DNA of 64,000 nt from contig NC_068991.1 of NCBI RefSeq assembly GCF_001194135.2, positions 9,703,141 through 9,767,140 on the forward strand, written 5' to 3'. Shown piece after piece: positions 27,121-38,583 of this stretch. Within the stretch, counting starts at the first letter, position 1, and each line of letters opens with the position of its first letter. Origin of the DNA: Octopus bimaculoides. Lineage: Eukaryota. The notes under the pieces were generated by a model. It saw nothing but the letters and a program-made list of their open reading frames with translations, did not search any database and was not told the origin of the DNA. Position numbers and translations under genes: made by a program.

Positions 27121-28850
27121 ATTAGAAGAAAGAAAGGGATGAAAAAATCCTGGCAGGTATCAATAAAGCACTCAGTAATAAAACCATCTGGTTAACAATA
27201 TTCAACAATTGTACACCAGTAAATGTAAATAAAACACAAATCCCAGATAAATCCTCATGCATTTGTCAGCTTTATATGGTCAGATCTATAATAAGGATGT
27301 AATTTTCTCTATATGTATATATATATATATATCAGGCACTTTGCATATACACGTATGACATATATATATACACATGACAATGAGGGTTCCAGTTGATCTG
27401 ATCAACAGAACAGCCTGCTCGTGAAATTAACGTGCAAGTGGCTGAGTACTCCACAGACACATGTACCCTTAACATAGTTCTCAGGGAGACTCAGTGTGAC
27501 AGTATGTGACAAGGCTGACCATTTGAATTACAGAAACAACTCGTTTTTGCCAGCTGAGTGGTCTGGAGCAATGTGAAATAAAGTGTCTTGCTCAAGGACA
27601 CAGGATGTGCTCACTGCTTTAAAAACCTTCCCAATACTGGTTTCAAATTAGGGTTAGGGTTTTGTTCTGGCTATATTTTAACCCTGAAAGGATGAAAGGC
27701 AAAGTTGACCCCGGTGGTATTTGAACTCAGGACATAAAGTGGGAAGAAAAGCCACTAAGCATTTTTCCCAATATGGTAATGGTTCTGCCTATTCGCTGCC
27801 TTATAACCAGAACAAATATTACAAATCTTTTTGTCTGATGTTCAAACATTTCTGCCAATCCACCGAGGCACAAGACCAGACATTTACAAGAGAAAGAAAG
27901 TGCAGTGGATTACATCAACTCTGGTATGCGACTGGTGACAAGTTATTTTAACCTACATAGAGCCATCTGTCAAAGAACTCTAAACCTATGTTTGCATATT
28001 GTTTATAGACTACAACAAAACATTTGATAGTGAGACATGTGGAATGAAAAATATTCCCTGATTAATTATCAACAAAGATGACATAGAAAACCTTGTGACT
28101 ACAGCAAATGACAATGTCCTGTGGAATGAAAATGAATGTAAACAAGACAAACTACTGTAAGTTAGCCTTGACTGGCGACACTGGTGTAATTTAGTTCAAA
28201 TTACTGCTGGCCAATGTCTCCTTGACTAGTGACATTAATGTTGTTGGTGTCCAGTTTGTAGGTCAATGACTGCATAGATGGGGGGGGGGGCCCTGTTGAT
28301 CTGACAGTCATACTTTGCAACATAGTGAACTCTGCCAAATGCATCCATGAACCAAGTGTTCATGGTAAATAAGACAGCATGTTAGATCAACCACACACAC
28401 AGTACAGGTTACCTTATAACCAAATGGTGGGATGAACCTATTTATTTCATTATGTCTGTAGGTCAGTTCATCAACTGGAAATGTCGTGTGTGACAGGGTG
28501 GTATCCTATGCATGGCAGAGTGGGGCAAGATTTAATCTCGATCAACTTCATGCTGTGAAACCAAACCGGATGTGCTTGAGATGTCATTTACAAAACCCCT
28601 GACTTATTATATTATTACTGTCACCAAAACCACTGTTCCATTTGTAACTAGTTGTTATCTGACTCTGTTTTAGGTCCCTATCCATATGTGACCAGCTCAA
28701 ATTGTAGTGTCGGTGGTGTGTGTACTGGACTTGGTATCCCACCTCGTAACATTGGCAATGTCTACGGAGTGGTGAAAGCTTATTTGACTCGAGTTGGTGC
28801 TGGAGGATTTCCTACAGAGTTATTAGATGTGAGTATTATGTGCATATGTG

Positions 28851-28911
<61 letters not shown>

Positions 28912-31900
28912 TATATATATATAGTTTCTTTCTCTTATCTGACTCTATCATATTGATAGCTTGGTGAGTAGTTGTTGGTAATGGTGTTTAACCCTTGGCT
29001 GGCTTTGATTCAGGACTGGAACTACCGTAGGTTGGTTGCTAAACAACAATTCAATGAGTACAAGCCAACCAGGGAATCTCTTTACATGGTCACTTGGTTT
29101 GCTAGAAATAGCAGCCAATTATACCTAAAATCACACTCTATTGTCTAAAACATGGAAGAACATAAAAAAAAAAGGATGGTCACATCTGGAACATAGATTT
29201 GCTGGATAAGAACCCAGGATGATGCAAGAAAGAACACATTGGATAATAGCTGGAATGCTTTTGATCATTAATCTGCTGGAACAGAACAGACTCTGGACTC
29301 AATGAATAGGGATTAATGCCCCGCATGCTCTCTGATTCAGCTTGTTGTTTAATCTTTTAGCAGTTCTAATCCAGGAGACCTATAATCAAAGATTTTACAT
29401 CTGGTGTCTGTCCTGCCTTTTATTCATACATGCATGGTGTATCTAGGACTATATTATCCAATGTGTCTTACCTTGTTTAGTCCTCGGTTACTTCTAATCC
29501 AGTTGACCTATGATCATAGAAGTGACTCTAGGTGTGACTCTCTTTTATTCAGACATAGTGTATCTAAGCCTACATTATCTTATGTGTCCTTCCTTGTTTA
29601 GCGTTTAGTTAGTTCCAATCCAGCAGATTTATGACCGTAGGTGTTGCAGAGTAAATATAATCTTTTAGACATTGTAAATATTAAAAAAATATATCAATTT
29701 AGATATTTTAAATATTAAAAAAATATATCAATTTAGACATTTTAAATATTAAAAAAATATATCAATTTAGACATTTTAAATATTAAAAAAATATATCAAT
29801 TTAGACATTTTAAATATTAAAAAAATATATCAATTTAGACATTTTAAATATTAAAAAAATATATCATATTTTCAAATAATTTTCAAAACTCCACTGAAAT
29901 CATTCTTCAGTCTTAGTCCTGTTTGGTTGTCATTGTTATTTCTGTTATTATTTGTCATTTGGTGTAATTCCTGTTTATCATTTGATATTATTTCTTTTGT
30001 TGTCATTTGCTCTCATTTCTGTTATTTGCCATATGTTCGTTGTCTGATATTTATTATTATTTCTAATTTGATAACATCCCTGTTATTATCCTGCCATATA
30101 ATGTGAATAAACTGTTTGTGAGCTAAAAATTATTTCTTCACAGGATCTGGGTGACTTGTTGCAAAAACGTGGTGCTGAGTTTGGTGTGACCACTGGAAGG
30201 AGGCGTCGAATCGGCTGGATAGATATGGTTATGCTCCGATATTCTCACATGATCAATGGATTCTCAGCGTAAGTTGGTTCTCTGTTTGACTTCAGGACGT
30301 TCAATATGGTTGTTGTGAGATGGTCCGGTATATAAAGCATTGAGCTGCATCATGCATTTAATTCTGGTGCAGATATTTTATTGCATATCATTCAATTTAA
30401 TCAACCAGGTCTCCTTTCCCCACTCCTACTCCATTTCTCACTTTGTGCCTATATTAAAAGGAATTATTTTATTTTCAATTTCTTATTTCTCCTATTTGCA
30501 GTGTTGCTATTACGAAATTGGATATTCTTGATGTTCTGAAGGAAGTCAAAATCGGAATAACTTACAAACTTGATGGTAAACCTATAGAGTCTATACCAGG
30601 TAAATATATATATACATGTATGTGTTGTGTTCATTTGTTTTACTTAATGCCTATTTTGCTGTGTTAGTATAGCTTTGTTGTGGGTAGGTGGCATTTATCA
30701 TTGCCAATCCTTGCCTGCTTTTTATACAAGAGATTTTTATATTCCAGAGGAATTCCAAAGTGCAGCGCCAGTGAATGATTCGTGGATAGAAAATATCAAA
30801 ATTCATCAGTTATAGGCGCAGGCATGGTTGTGTGGTTAAGAATCTTGCTTTGCAACCACATGGTTTCAGGTTTGGTCCCTCTACATGGAACCTTGGGGCA
30901 GCCAATGCCCTGTGAGTGAATTTGGTTGATAGAAATTATATGGTTGTCTATCATATGTGTATGTCTGGCTTTGTGTTTGTTTGTCCTCCATCTACTATTT
31001 TTCAGTCAATGTTGGTTTGTTTACATCCTTGTAACTCAACAGTTCAGCAAAATTGGCCAATAGAATAAGTATCAGACTTGAAAAAACGACAAATAGATAC
31101 TGGAGTTGATCTGTTTAACCAAGTCCTTTAAGGCAGGGGCCCCAGCATCGCCACAATCCAATAACTGAAGCATGTAAAAGAAAGTTTAAAGGAGGAAATA
31201 TTTCTAAAGTGGATTATAATTCATCTGAGGTGTTCCCTTTAAGAGATATTTAGTACATTTTTTTTTTTTTTGTCTTTGTTGCTTTTATTTTCTCTCAGCA
31301 TCTGATGAAGACCTGAAGCGTGTAGAAGTAGAATATTTGACATTACCGGGATGGTTAACTTCGACGGAAAATGTTCGCAAGTTTGAAGATCTTCCTGAGA
31401 ATGCACAGAAATATGTCCGTAAGATTGAAGAACTGTTAAATGTACCAGGTAAGAATGGCAGATATGATATCTTAATCTTTTTTTTTTTGTTGTTTTCTAT
31501 CACTTCCCTCTTATTCCTTAGTAAAGTTTAAAAAAAAAATATAGCTGAATAGATTTACTACTAAATATCTAAGTATATTCGGACAATGAGCTGCCTAAAT
31601 ATATTTCCTTATTGTCCACAAGGGGCTAAACATAGAGGGGACAAACAAGGACAGACAAAGGGATTAAGTCGATTACATTGAACCCAGTGCATAACTGGTA
31701 CTTATTTAATCGACCCCGAAAGGATGAAAGGCAAAGTTGACCTCAGCAGAATTTGAACTCAGAACGTAACAGCAGACAAAATTCCACTAAGCATTTTGCC
31801 CGGCATGCTAACGATTCTTATTTCTTTACTGCCCACAAGGGGCTACACACAGAAGGGACGAACAAGGACAGACAAAGGGATTAAGTCGATTACATCGAAC

Positions 31901-33098
31901 CCAGTGCATAACTGGTACTTATTTAATCGACCCTGAAAGGATGAAAGGCAAAGTTGACTTCAGCAGAATTTGAACTCAGAACGTAACAGCAGACGAAATA
32001 CCACTAAGTATTTCGCCTGGCGTGCTAACAGTTCTGCCAGCTCGCCGCCCTGCTAAATATATTTATAGCTGTCTAAATACATTTGCTGCCATCTATCTAA
32101 ATATACACATGGTTTCCCTAGTGATGCCATCTGTTACAAGGGGGATAATCATTTCTTCATAACGAGGCAGTAAATTTGAGAGGGAAGGGTTAATACCATT
32201 GACCCCTGTACTTAATTAGTACTTCATTTTATCAACACTGAAAGGATTAGTGGTGAAGTTGGTCTTGGTGGAATTTGAACTCTGGAGCTTAACCCTGTAG
32301 CATTCAGATTATTTTGTCAATTGTAATACTTATTTATTCACATTGTTTTGAATTAATCATGCATTATCTTGTAGCTTTGAGAGTTCAATATGGTGATCGT
32401 TGATATTTAGAATTACATTGTGGAATAGGTGTAAGAGACCAGATCTGGTCAGTTTCACCATAAAACAGGTAGAATATTTAAGCAGGATACCATCATCATC
32501 ATTTAACGTCCGTTGTTCATGCTGGAATGGGTTGGACGGTTTTACCAGGGCTGGCAGTCTGTTTTGGCATTGTTTCTATGGCTGGATGCCCTTCCTATAT
32601 GTACCACTGGCTTGGGTGCCATTTGTGTGACACCAGTATCTGCCACGACTGCAGTTTTACTAGACTTGACGGGTCTTCCTCCTCAAGCACGGCAAATGGA
32701 CTCGGTCATTGCTTCCATGTGGCCCAACGCTCGAAGCCCAGCATAATGCCAGATGGTCTCGGCCCTTGCCTCTGATATGGTCGGTTTGAATAATAATAAT
32801 AGTAATGATGGTGTCAAATTTTGGCACAAGGCCAGCAATTTCGGGAAGAGGGAATGTTGATTACATCAACCCCCAGTGCTCAGCTGGTCCTTATTTTATT
32901 GACCACGAAAGGATGACAGAAAGTCGACCCTGGCGGGATTTGAACTCAGAACTTAAAGACAGATGAAATGCCACTAAGCACTTTTGCCCAGCGTGCTAAC
33001 AATTCTGCCAGTTCACCACCTTGCTGCTGCTACTGCTGGTACTACTACTACTACTACTACTAACTACTACTAACTACTACTACTACTACTAACTACTA

Positions 33099-33137
<39 letters not shown>

Positions 33138-33146
33138 ATGATAATG

Positions 33147-33184
<38 letters not shown>

Positions 33185-33285
33185 GATGGTAATAATAATA
33201 ATAACTTTCTTCTCTATATGTTTTTCTAACAGTGAAATGGATTGGAGTAGGCCAAGCCCGTTCTTCCATCATCCAAGTATTTTAA
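6678..33285 (+). CDS. ADSS: Adenylosuccinate synthetase, 5'-partial spliced gene: join(6678..6780,7859..7972,11174..11231,12336..12381,13710..13771,16663..16744,26579..26702,28674..28828,30144..30268,30502..30599,31299..31448,33233..33285)
   Basis: Manual splicing gives a continuous frame, GGNNAGHT...FHLLPSG...RAHLVFD...[18 protein letters not shown]...[22 protein letters not shown]...KAYLTRVG...[14 protein letters not shown]...TKLDILD...LPGW...[17 protein letters not shown]. All introns are GT-AG with compatible phases, and the total of 1170 nt is divisible by 3. The family signature G-I-G-P-x-Y-x-x-K-x-x-R is present. Confidence 0.97.
7100..7590. repeat. Degenerate ~60-70-bp tandem array
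   Basis: Recurring CAGTACCCCTACTGTC...CTCATGGTACTAATTT...AGGTCTGT-like units near 7111, 7171, 7280, 7348, 7409 and 7477. Confidence 0.7.
7859..7972 (+). CDS. ADSS: ADSS exon (114 nt) [38 protein letters not shown]
   Basis: ttacag|GT acceptor; CTGG|gtaaat donor; GNGVV and ISxRAH motifs. Confidence 0.96.
10512..10795 (-). mobile_element. Repeat family D (AGGAAGGGCATCCAGCTGTAGAAAC...GGACGTTAAACGATGATGAT tail), SINE or LINE-tail derived
   Basis: Copies at about 14115-14285, 17020-17200, 20235-20420, 32490-32600, 34150-34340, 43365-43640, 47815-48100 and 60365-60520; (GAT)n 3' tail. Confidence 0.75.
10801..10999. mobile_element. piggyBac-like MITE (CCC...GGG ends); related partial copies near 32290-32480 and 56160-56545
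   Basis: Ends CCCTTTAGCGTTCAAA / TTTAAATGCTAAAGGG followed by TTAA on the right; the left TSD is not intact. Confidence 0.6.
11174..11231 (+). CDS. ADSS: ADSS exon (58 nt) [20 protein letters not shown]
   Basis: ttttag|TG acceptor; TC|gtgagt donor; phases match both neighbouring exons. Confidence 0.93.
12336..12381 (+). CDS. ADSS: ADSS exon (46 nt) [15 protein letters not shown]
   Basis: ttttag|A acceptor; AAG|gtatgc donor; IGTT and GIGPxY motifs. Confidence 0.96.
13710..13771 (+). CDS. ADSS: ADSS exon (62 nt) [21 protein letters not shown]
   Basis: gctag|GCA acceptor; AG|gtaagt donor; RxGLRxxDL motif. Confidence 0.95.
14380..14587. mobile_element. Tc1/mariner-like MITE, decayed
   Basis: TA flanks; imperfect TIRs CAGTGTGAACCGAAAGTCACGCAC versus CAGGGTGGCCAAAAGTCACACAC (reverse complement of the right end). 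Confidence 0.55.
16663..16744 (+). CDS. ADSS: ADSS exon (82 nt) [27 protein letters not shown]
   Basis: ttgtag|A acceptor; AAG|gttagc donor; the phase 2 to phase 0 fit bridges the flanking exons exactly; this segment is variable in the family. Confidence 0.88.
21492..21769. mobile_element. hAT (Charlie-like) non-autonomous element/MITE, 278 bp
   Basis: TIRs CAGTGCTACTCAAA / TTTGAGAAGCACTG; exact 8-bp TSD GTCTAGTA at 21484-21491 and 21770-21777. Confidence 0.85.
22080..23240 (-). mobile_element. Decayed RTE-clade LINE (reverse transcriptase to C-terminus) in the 9.8-kb ADSS intron
   Basis: The minus strand reads QEKYLAK...[15 protein letters not shown]...[11 protein letters not shown]...[11 protein letters not shown]...[18 protein letters not shown]...EGICGRG, with many stops. 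Confidence 0.85.
23438..24236. repeat. ~290-bp inverted repeat (arms 23438-23726 and 23948-24236) around an N-gap
   Basis: The arms are reverse complements with a few mismatches, including CpG versus CpA. Confidence 0.9.
25270..25700 (-). mobile_element. Highly decayed RTE-like LINE 3' end
   Basis: The minus strand has a WKEAEKT-like C-terminal remnant and an RTE-like 3' terminus; no intact frame. Confidence 0.4.
26579..26702 (+). CDS. ADSS: ADSS exon (124 nt) [41 protein letters not shown]
   Basis: cttttag|TTG acceptor; G|gtaagt donor; EGAQxxxLDIDFG motif. Confidence 0.96.
28674..28828 (+). CDS. ADSS: ADSS exon (155 nt) [52 protein letters not shown]
   Basis: ttttag|GT acceptor; GAT|gtgagt donor; YPYVTSS, KAYxTRVG and FPTE motifs. 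Confidence 0.98.
29664..29866. repeat. 34-bp AT-rich minisatellite, ~6 copies (TTTAGACATTTTAAATATTAAAAAAATATATCAA)
   Basis: The AGAC/AGAT anchor recurs at 29667, 29701, 29735, 29769, 29803 and 29837. Confidence 0.95.
30144..30268 (+). CDS. ADSS: ADSS exon (125 nt) [41 protein letters not shown]
   Basis: cacag|GAT acceptor; GC|gtaagt donor; aspartate-binding loop [14 protein letters not shown]. Confidence 0.97.
30502..30599 (+). CDS. ADSS: ADSS exon (98 nt) [32 protein letters not shown]
   Basis: tttgcag|T acceptor; CCAG|gtaaat donor; GTP-binding TKLD motif. Confidence 0.97.
31299..31448 (+). CDS. ADSS: ADSS exon (150 nt) [50 protein letters not shown]
   Basis: ctctcag|CA acceptor; CCAG|gtaaga donor; LPGW and LPxNAxxYV motifs. 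Confidence 0.97.
33020..33205. repeat. Compound (GCT)/(TAC)/(TAATGA)/(TAA) microsatellite just upstream of the last ADSS exon
   Basis: Read directly from the sequence. Confidence 0.95.
33233..33285 (+). CDS. ADSS: ADSS terminal coding exon [17 protein letters not shown]
   Basis: ctaacag|TG acceptor; KWIGVG motif; TAA stop at 33283-33285. Confidence 0.95.
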
Positions 33286-33848
33286 AAGAAGGAAGACCTG
33301 TCGCTGTTCTGCCATCTCCCCAGATGGTAACGAGACATCAAAGACCCTACTACTGCTGCAGTTCATGGGGGCTCTTCTTGCAGAGCCTGCATCTTGTAAT
33401 TGTCTTTCATTTATGTTGGGGTGAAGAAACTTAAAGAATAATAATAATAATAATAATTATTATTATCATTATTATTATTTCTACATTTTTCTCGGTCATG
33501 GTGGAAACTTTAACAATAGAACATAGTTTTCCTTATATTTTAGAAAAGATTTAAAGAAATTCAAAAAAAAACCCAAAAAAAAAACACCGTTGTTTCTTAT
33601 AATCCTGCCATTGTAAAAACAAAGGATATTCTCCAAACAGTATTTCTTTAAATTATTTTTTCCTAGTTATTATTACTAATATTAATACTAATAATAACAA
33701 ATGGTAAAGAGAATATTATTTCTTTCGCCTTACCATCTTTCAAGAGGTGAAAGGCTAACTGGATTAACAGCAGGAATTTAACAAAATTCATTATTACAAT
33801 TTACTACAACTCCACCAGCAGCAGCAGCAGATAGCCTAGTCTTTTTAA

Positions 33849-33862
33849 AATAAATGAATAAA
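33849..33862 (+). promoter_or_regulatory. Candidate ADSS polyadenylation signals (two AATAAA hexamers)
   Basis: AATAAA at 33849 and 33857, about 570 nt after the stop, followed by a T/GT-rich stretch at about 33900-33930. AATAAA is common by chance in AT-rich DNA. Confidence 0.3.
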
Positions 33863-36800
33863 ATGAGAGAAAAAAAAAAAACGTAATTATGTACAAGTTA
33901 TTCCTTTGTTTTAATTGTTGTTGCTTTCTAATATCTTCTGACGGTAAACTGAAAGGTAAGACCTGTATCCTTCATGGCCAGACATATTCAAGCAGAATAT
34001 TGGCAATTATGGACAATGACAGTCATTTACAACAATTGCCTGAAGTCAAGACCAGGAGAGACAAACATATACTAACCCTGATCTTCACTCATACATGTGC
34101 ATATGTATACACACACACATATCTTTCTCTCTCTCTCTTTATATATATACATAAAAGCACCCAGTACACTCTCGGAGTGGTTGGCGTTAGGAAGGGCATC
34201 CAGCTGTAGAAACTCTGCCAAATCATATTGGAGCCTGGTGTAGCCATCTGGTTTCACCAGCCCTCAGTCAAATCGTCCAACCCATACTAGCATGGAAAGC
34301 GGACGTTAAACGATGACGATGATGATGATGATGATGATGATATATATATAATATGGATTGTTTGTAGAAATACATAAATCCAGAGGAGAAGCATACTCTA
34401 AGATGTATTATAGTAGGTAGGCCGGTTTATGAGGTTACCTTGGGTCCTCCAAAGTAGATACTTTGCCACACAGGCTTTTTAAGTGGATTACATTGAGCAT
34501 GTTTCTGACATTGTGTTTAATTTAAGGCCTTCCATTTTTTCTTGGGACAGTGTTGTGGTGCCTTTATTTTGTCCATCCATTGTTTGGCTCTGTTGATAGA
34601 TATGGATACTAGCTTTGATGGGTCCAGATTCATATCTGTCATACTCTAAACAATTGCTTTAAGAATATCTGCTCTTCACTGCCTTTGGGGCTTCATTTAA
34701 TAATCCTTTCAACTATAGGCACAAGGCCTATAATTTTTAGTGGGGGGGGACCAGTCGATTACATTGAGCCCAGTGATTCCTCAGTGGAATTTGAACTCAG
34801 AGCATCAAGCTGGATGAAATACCACTAAGCATTTCGCCTGGTGTGCTAATGATTCTTTTCTACTCTAGGCACAAGGCCTGAAATTTTGGGGGAGGGGGAC
34901 CAGTTGATTAGATTGACCCGAGTACGCAACTGGTACTTAAATTATTAACCTTGAAATACAGGCACAACAGAAACAGGAAGTAAGAGCGAGAGAAAGTTGT
35001 AGTGGAAGAGTACAGCAGGGTTCGCCACCATCCCCTGCCGGAGCCTTGTGGAGCTTTAAGTGTTTTCGCTCAATAAACACTCACAACGCCCAGTCTGGGA
35101 ATCGAAACTGCGAGTCCGCTGCCCTAACCACTGGGCCATTGTGCCTCTACTAGCCCACAGCACTCTACAATAAAAGACAAAAGCATTAAATATTAGAATA
35201 ACACAAACTCATTGTAGTTGACGATAGATTTTATTTTAGTTCAGTTGAATTTTATTATTATTATTATTAACATTAATTTTCTTCTGAACATCTGCAGATT
35301 AGTGAGAGAGAGAGAGAGATGATTTGTATTTCATTATTATAATTGTACTTCAAAATCCCCAATACAAAGTATTAGTGTTGGGAAAAGGGAAGGAGAGAGA
35401 GAAAGAGAATGTGTAGAATTGTTACTAGACTAAGAAGGTTTTTTTTTTTTTTTCCATTATCAACATATTGCACAAAAAGACTGAGGGGTGGAGTGGGAGA
35501 AAATCTTCAAAAAAAATTGACCCAAACCTAAAACGATTTTGAATGTCACCTCATATATACATATATATATATATATATGTACGTATGTGTATATATATGT
35601 AGAGAGAGAGAGTACAAAATCTATACAACACTGAACTTTCATGTACAACACATGACCCCATGAGCCAAGAAAGAGCCTCGAAGCAGTTGATTGATTCTCA
35701 AATCACACCCTAGTCTTAAGGGAAAAAAAAAAATCAAAAAGAAAGCACTCATTAATGTGGTCTTAATGTAGTCCNNNNNNNNNNNNNNNNNNNNNNNNNN
35801 NNNNNNNNNNNNNNNNNNNNNNNNNNNNNNNNNNNNNNNNNNNNNNNNNNNNNNNNNNNNNNNNNNNNNNNNNNATAAATGAGTATATGCATATATACGT
35901 ACAGGTATGTGCATATATATATATGTCCACACACACACATCACCTACACATGGTACGTGTGGACAGTAGAAGGGTGTTGAATGGTAGTCACTACATGCGA
36001 GATAAAATTTTTACAATTCTCGAGAAATCCTTAGACCTGGTGGAATGTCCTTGGGGGGGAGGGGTAAAAAAACAGGATTAAAAAAAAGGTTATAATTTTG
36101 GTTAGTTTGTTTTCAAATACTGGGGAATAAAGAAGAATATATTGCATTGTAGGTGAAAGGTGTCGACCCCCCCCCCCACGTGGTCACCATGTTGACATTA
36201 TGTAAACAAGCAGTTGTTAACCACTTTGCATTGCAAGTGAGGTGAATCAACAGTTGCCACTGACCATCTTGGAATACAATAACAACAGCAACAGCAGTAG
36301 CAATCAAATGAATCAATAATAGTAATAATAATGATGATAATAATAATGGTACACGGCCAGCAATTTGGGGGGTGGGGGGTAGGTCGATTACATCAGTCCC
36401 CAGTGTTCAATTGGTACTTATTTTATCGACCCCCAAAAGGCTGAAAGGCAAAGTCGACCTCAGTGGAATTTGAACTCAATGTAAGGCTGGACAAAATGCC
36501 ACAAAGCATTTTGCCCAGCATGTTTAAGGACTCTGCCTGTTGACCGACTTTATATATAATAATAATTCTTACTACTATAGGCACAAGGCCTGAAATTTTG
36601 GGGAAGGGGACTGGTTGATTACATCGACCCCAGTGTTTCACTGGTACTTATTTTATCAACCTCGAAAGGATGAAAGGCAAAGTTGACCTCAGCAGGCCTG
36701 AAATTTGAATGGGGGTAGGGAGGAGAGCACACTTGATTAAATCAGTCCCAGTTCATGACTGGTACTTCCTCATCAAACAGTGAAAAGATAAGAGATAAAG

Positions 36801-36989
36801 TCAGCTTCATTGAGATTTGAAATCATAATAATAATAATTACTATCATAGGTACAGGACCATGGATGTGGGGGAAGAGGGTGCCAAATTGATTAGATTGAA
36901 AACTCCCACTAATTACCCCATGATGATGATAATTACAAATAGAGGAATGTAAGAGTTAGCTTCACTGCTGTTGGCAAGAATATACAATA

Positions 36990-37853
36990 TTCTGATAATA
37001 TGTATATACACACACACACACATATATATGCACACACACACACACATATATACATATGTATGTATGTATACATGTATATATATATATACATTCACACAAA
37101 TATATATACACATGTACATATATTTATATACACATGTAGATATGTGTGTGTATGTATGTATATATATATGTGTGTGTATATTTGTATATATTTATAAATG
37201 TAAGTGTGTATATACATGTATGTATGGATATATATGTGTGTGTGTGTGTATATGAGCAGGGTGGGTAAGGAGAAAAGAGAGAGAAAGTGACATGGTTTGG
37301 TGAGCAAGGTAACATCTGAATCCACAGTTAAAATGCGAATTGGTACCCTTTCCACAAAAGATACACAGCATATTGATTATGCAAAAAGAAAAACAAAAAA
37401 AAAAAATAGCAGCTGAATTTCAAGATGTGCCTTAGAATGAAAAGGTCTCCCATAAAAAGTTTAAACAGGAAAATGAGCAAAAACAAAAAAAAATGGATAA
37501 AACAAATAACAATGAATTAAATAGAAAAAAAAAAAAATTAACAGCCAAACGTGAAATGTATGAGTCGTTTCCACTGAACACACCAAGAAACGCCAAACTC
37601 TTGAAATTGTCAAGCCTAAGAAATATTACAAACACGTGGAATCTATGAAAGGGACAAAATTATTTTTGGTTTAAATTTAAAGTGGAATTATTCTCACACA
37701 TACTACACATGCATATACACATACACACACTCACTCACTGACTTTCTCTCTCACACACACACAAACACACAAAGTCATACTGTTTAATATATGTCGTGAC
37801 ATCCTGGAAGTGATATTACAAATTTATTCCATCTTTGTTTTCTATATTAGATG

Positions 37854-37897
<44 letters not shown>

Positions 37898-37921
37898 CAT
37901 GTATATACAATNNNNNNNNNN

Positions 37922-37969
<48 letters not shown>

Positions 37970-38285
37970 CATATATACATACAACCTATATATATTATAT
38001 ATACATACATATATATACACACACACATATATATATATAAATATATATATTTACAGATATATGTGTGTATATGCATATACATATATATTTATATATAAAT
38101 ATATAATATATATATTATAAATTTATATAAAATATACATATCAATTATCTCTATTTTATACATGTGTGTGTGTGTATATATATATATATACATACACACA
38201 CACATGTATATATGTATGTATGTATACGTATGTATGTATATATCATCATCAATAAATATATATGTTTATATGCATGTATATATAC

Positions 38286-38319
<34 letters not shown>

Positions 38320-38583
38320 GCACACATATTTATGCATGTATGTATATATACATGTATATATATATATATGTATATTTGTGTATGTATATTTGTGTGTGCG
38401 TGTGTGTGTATAATATATGCAATGTAATATTTATATGTATGTTAACTACACACACTCATGCACACACGTGTGCTAGTGTTACTTGTGCAACATGTGTGTG
38501 TGTATTTATATAATATACATACACACACAAACATATTACATGCATTTATTTATAGCTACACACGCATACACCCCCACACACAT
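36990..38583. repeat. Extended degenerate (TA)/(CA)/(TG) low-complexity tracts (about 36990-37250 and 37850-38583)
   Basis: Read directly from the sequence; source of the many spurious YI/HT/CV ORFs. Confidence 0.95.

Noticed and set aside
27960-28150. [11 protein letters not shown]-like RT remnant
   Set aside because: Too short and degraded to annotate confidently; probably an old LINE scrap.
29664-29866. Regularly spaced repeats as a possible CRISPR array
   Set aside because: The units are contiguous with no unique spacers, there are no cas genes, and the context is a eukaryotic intron.
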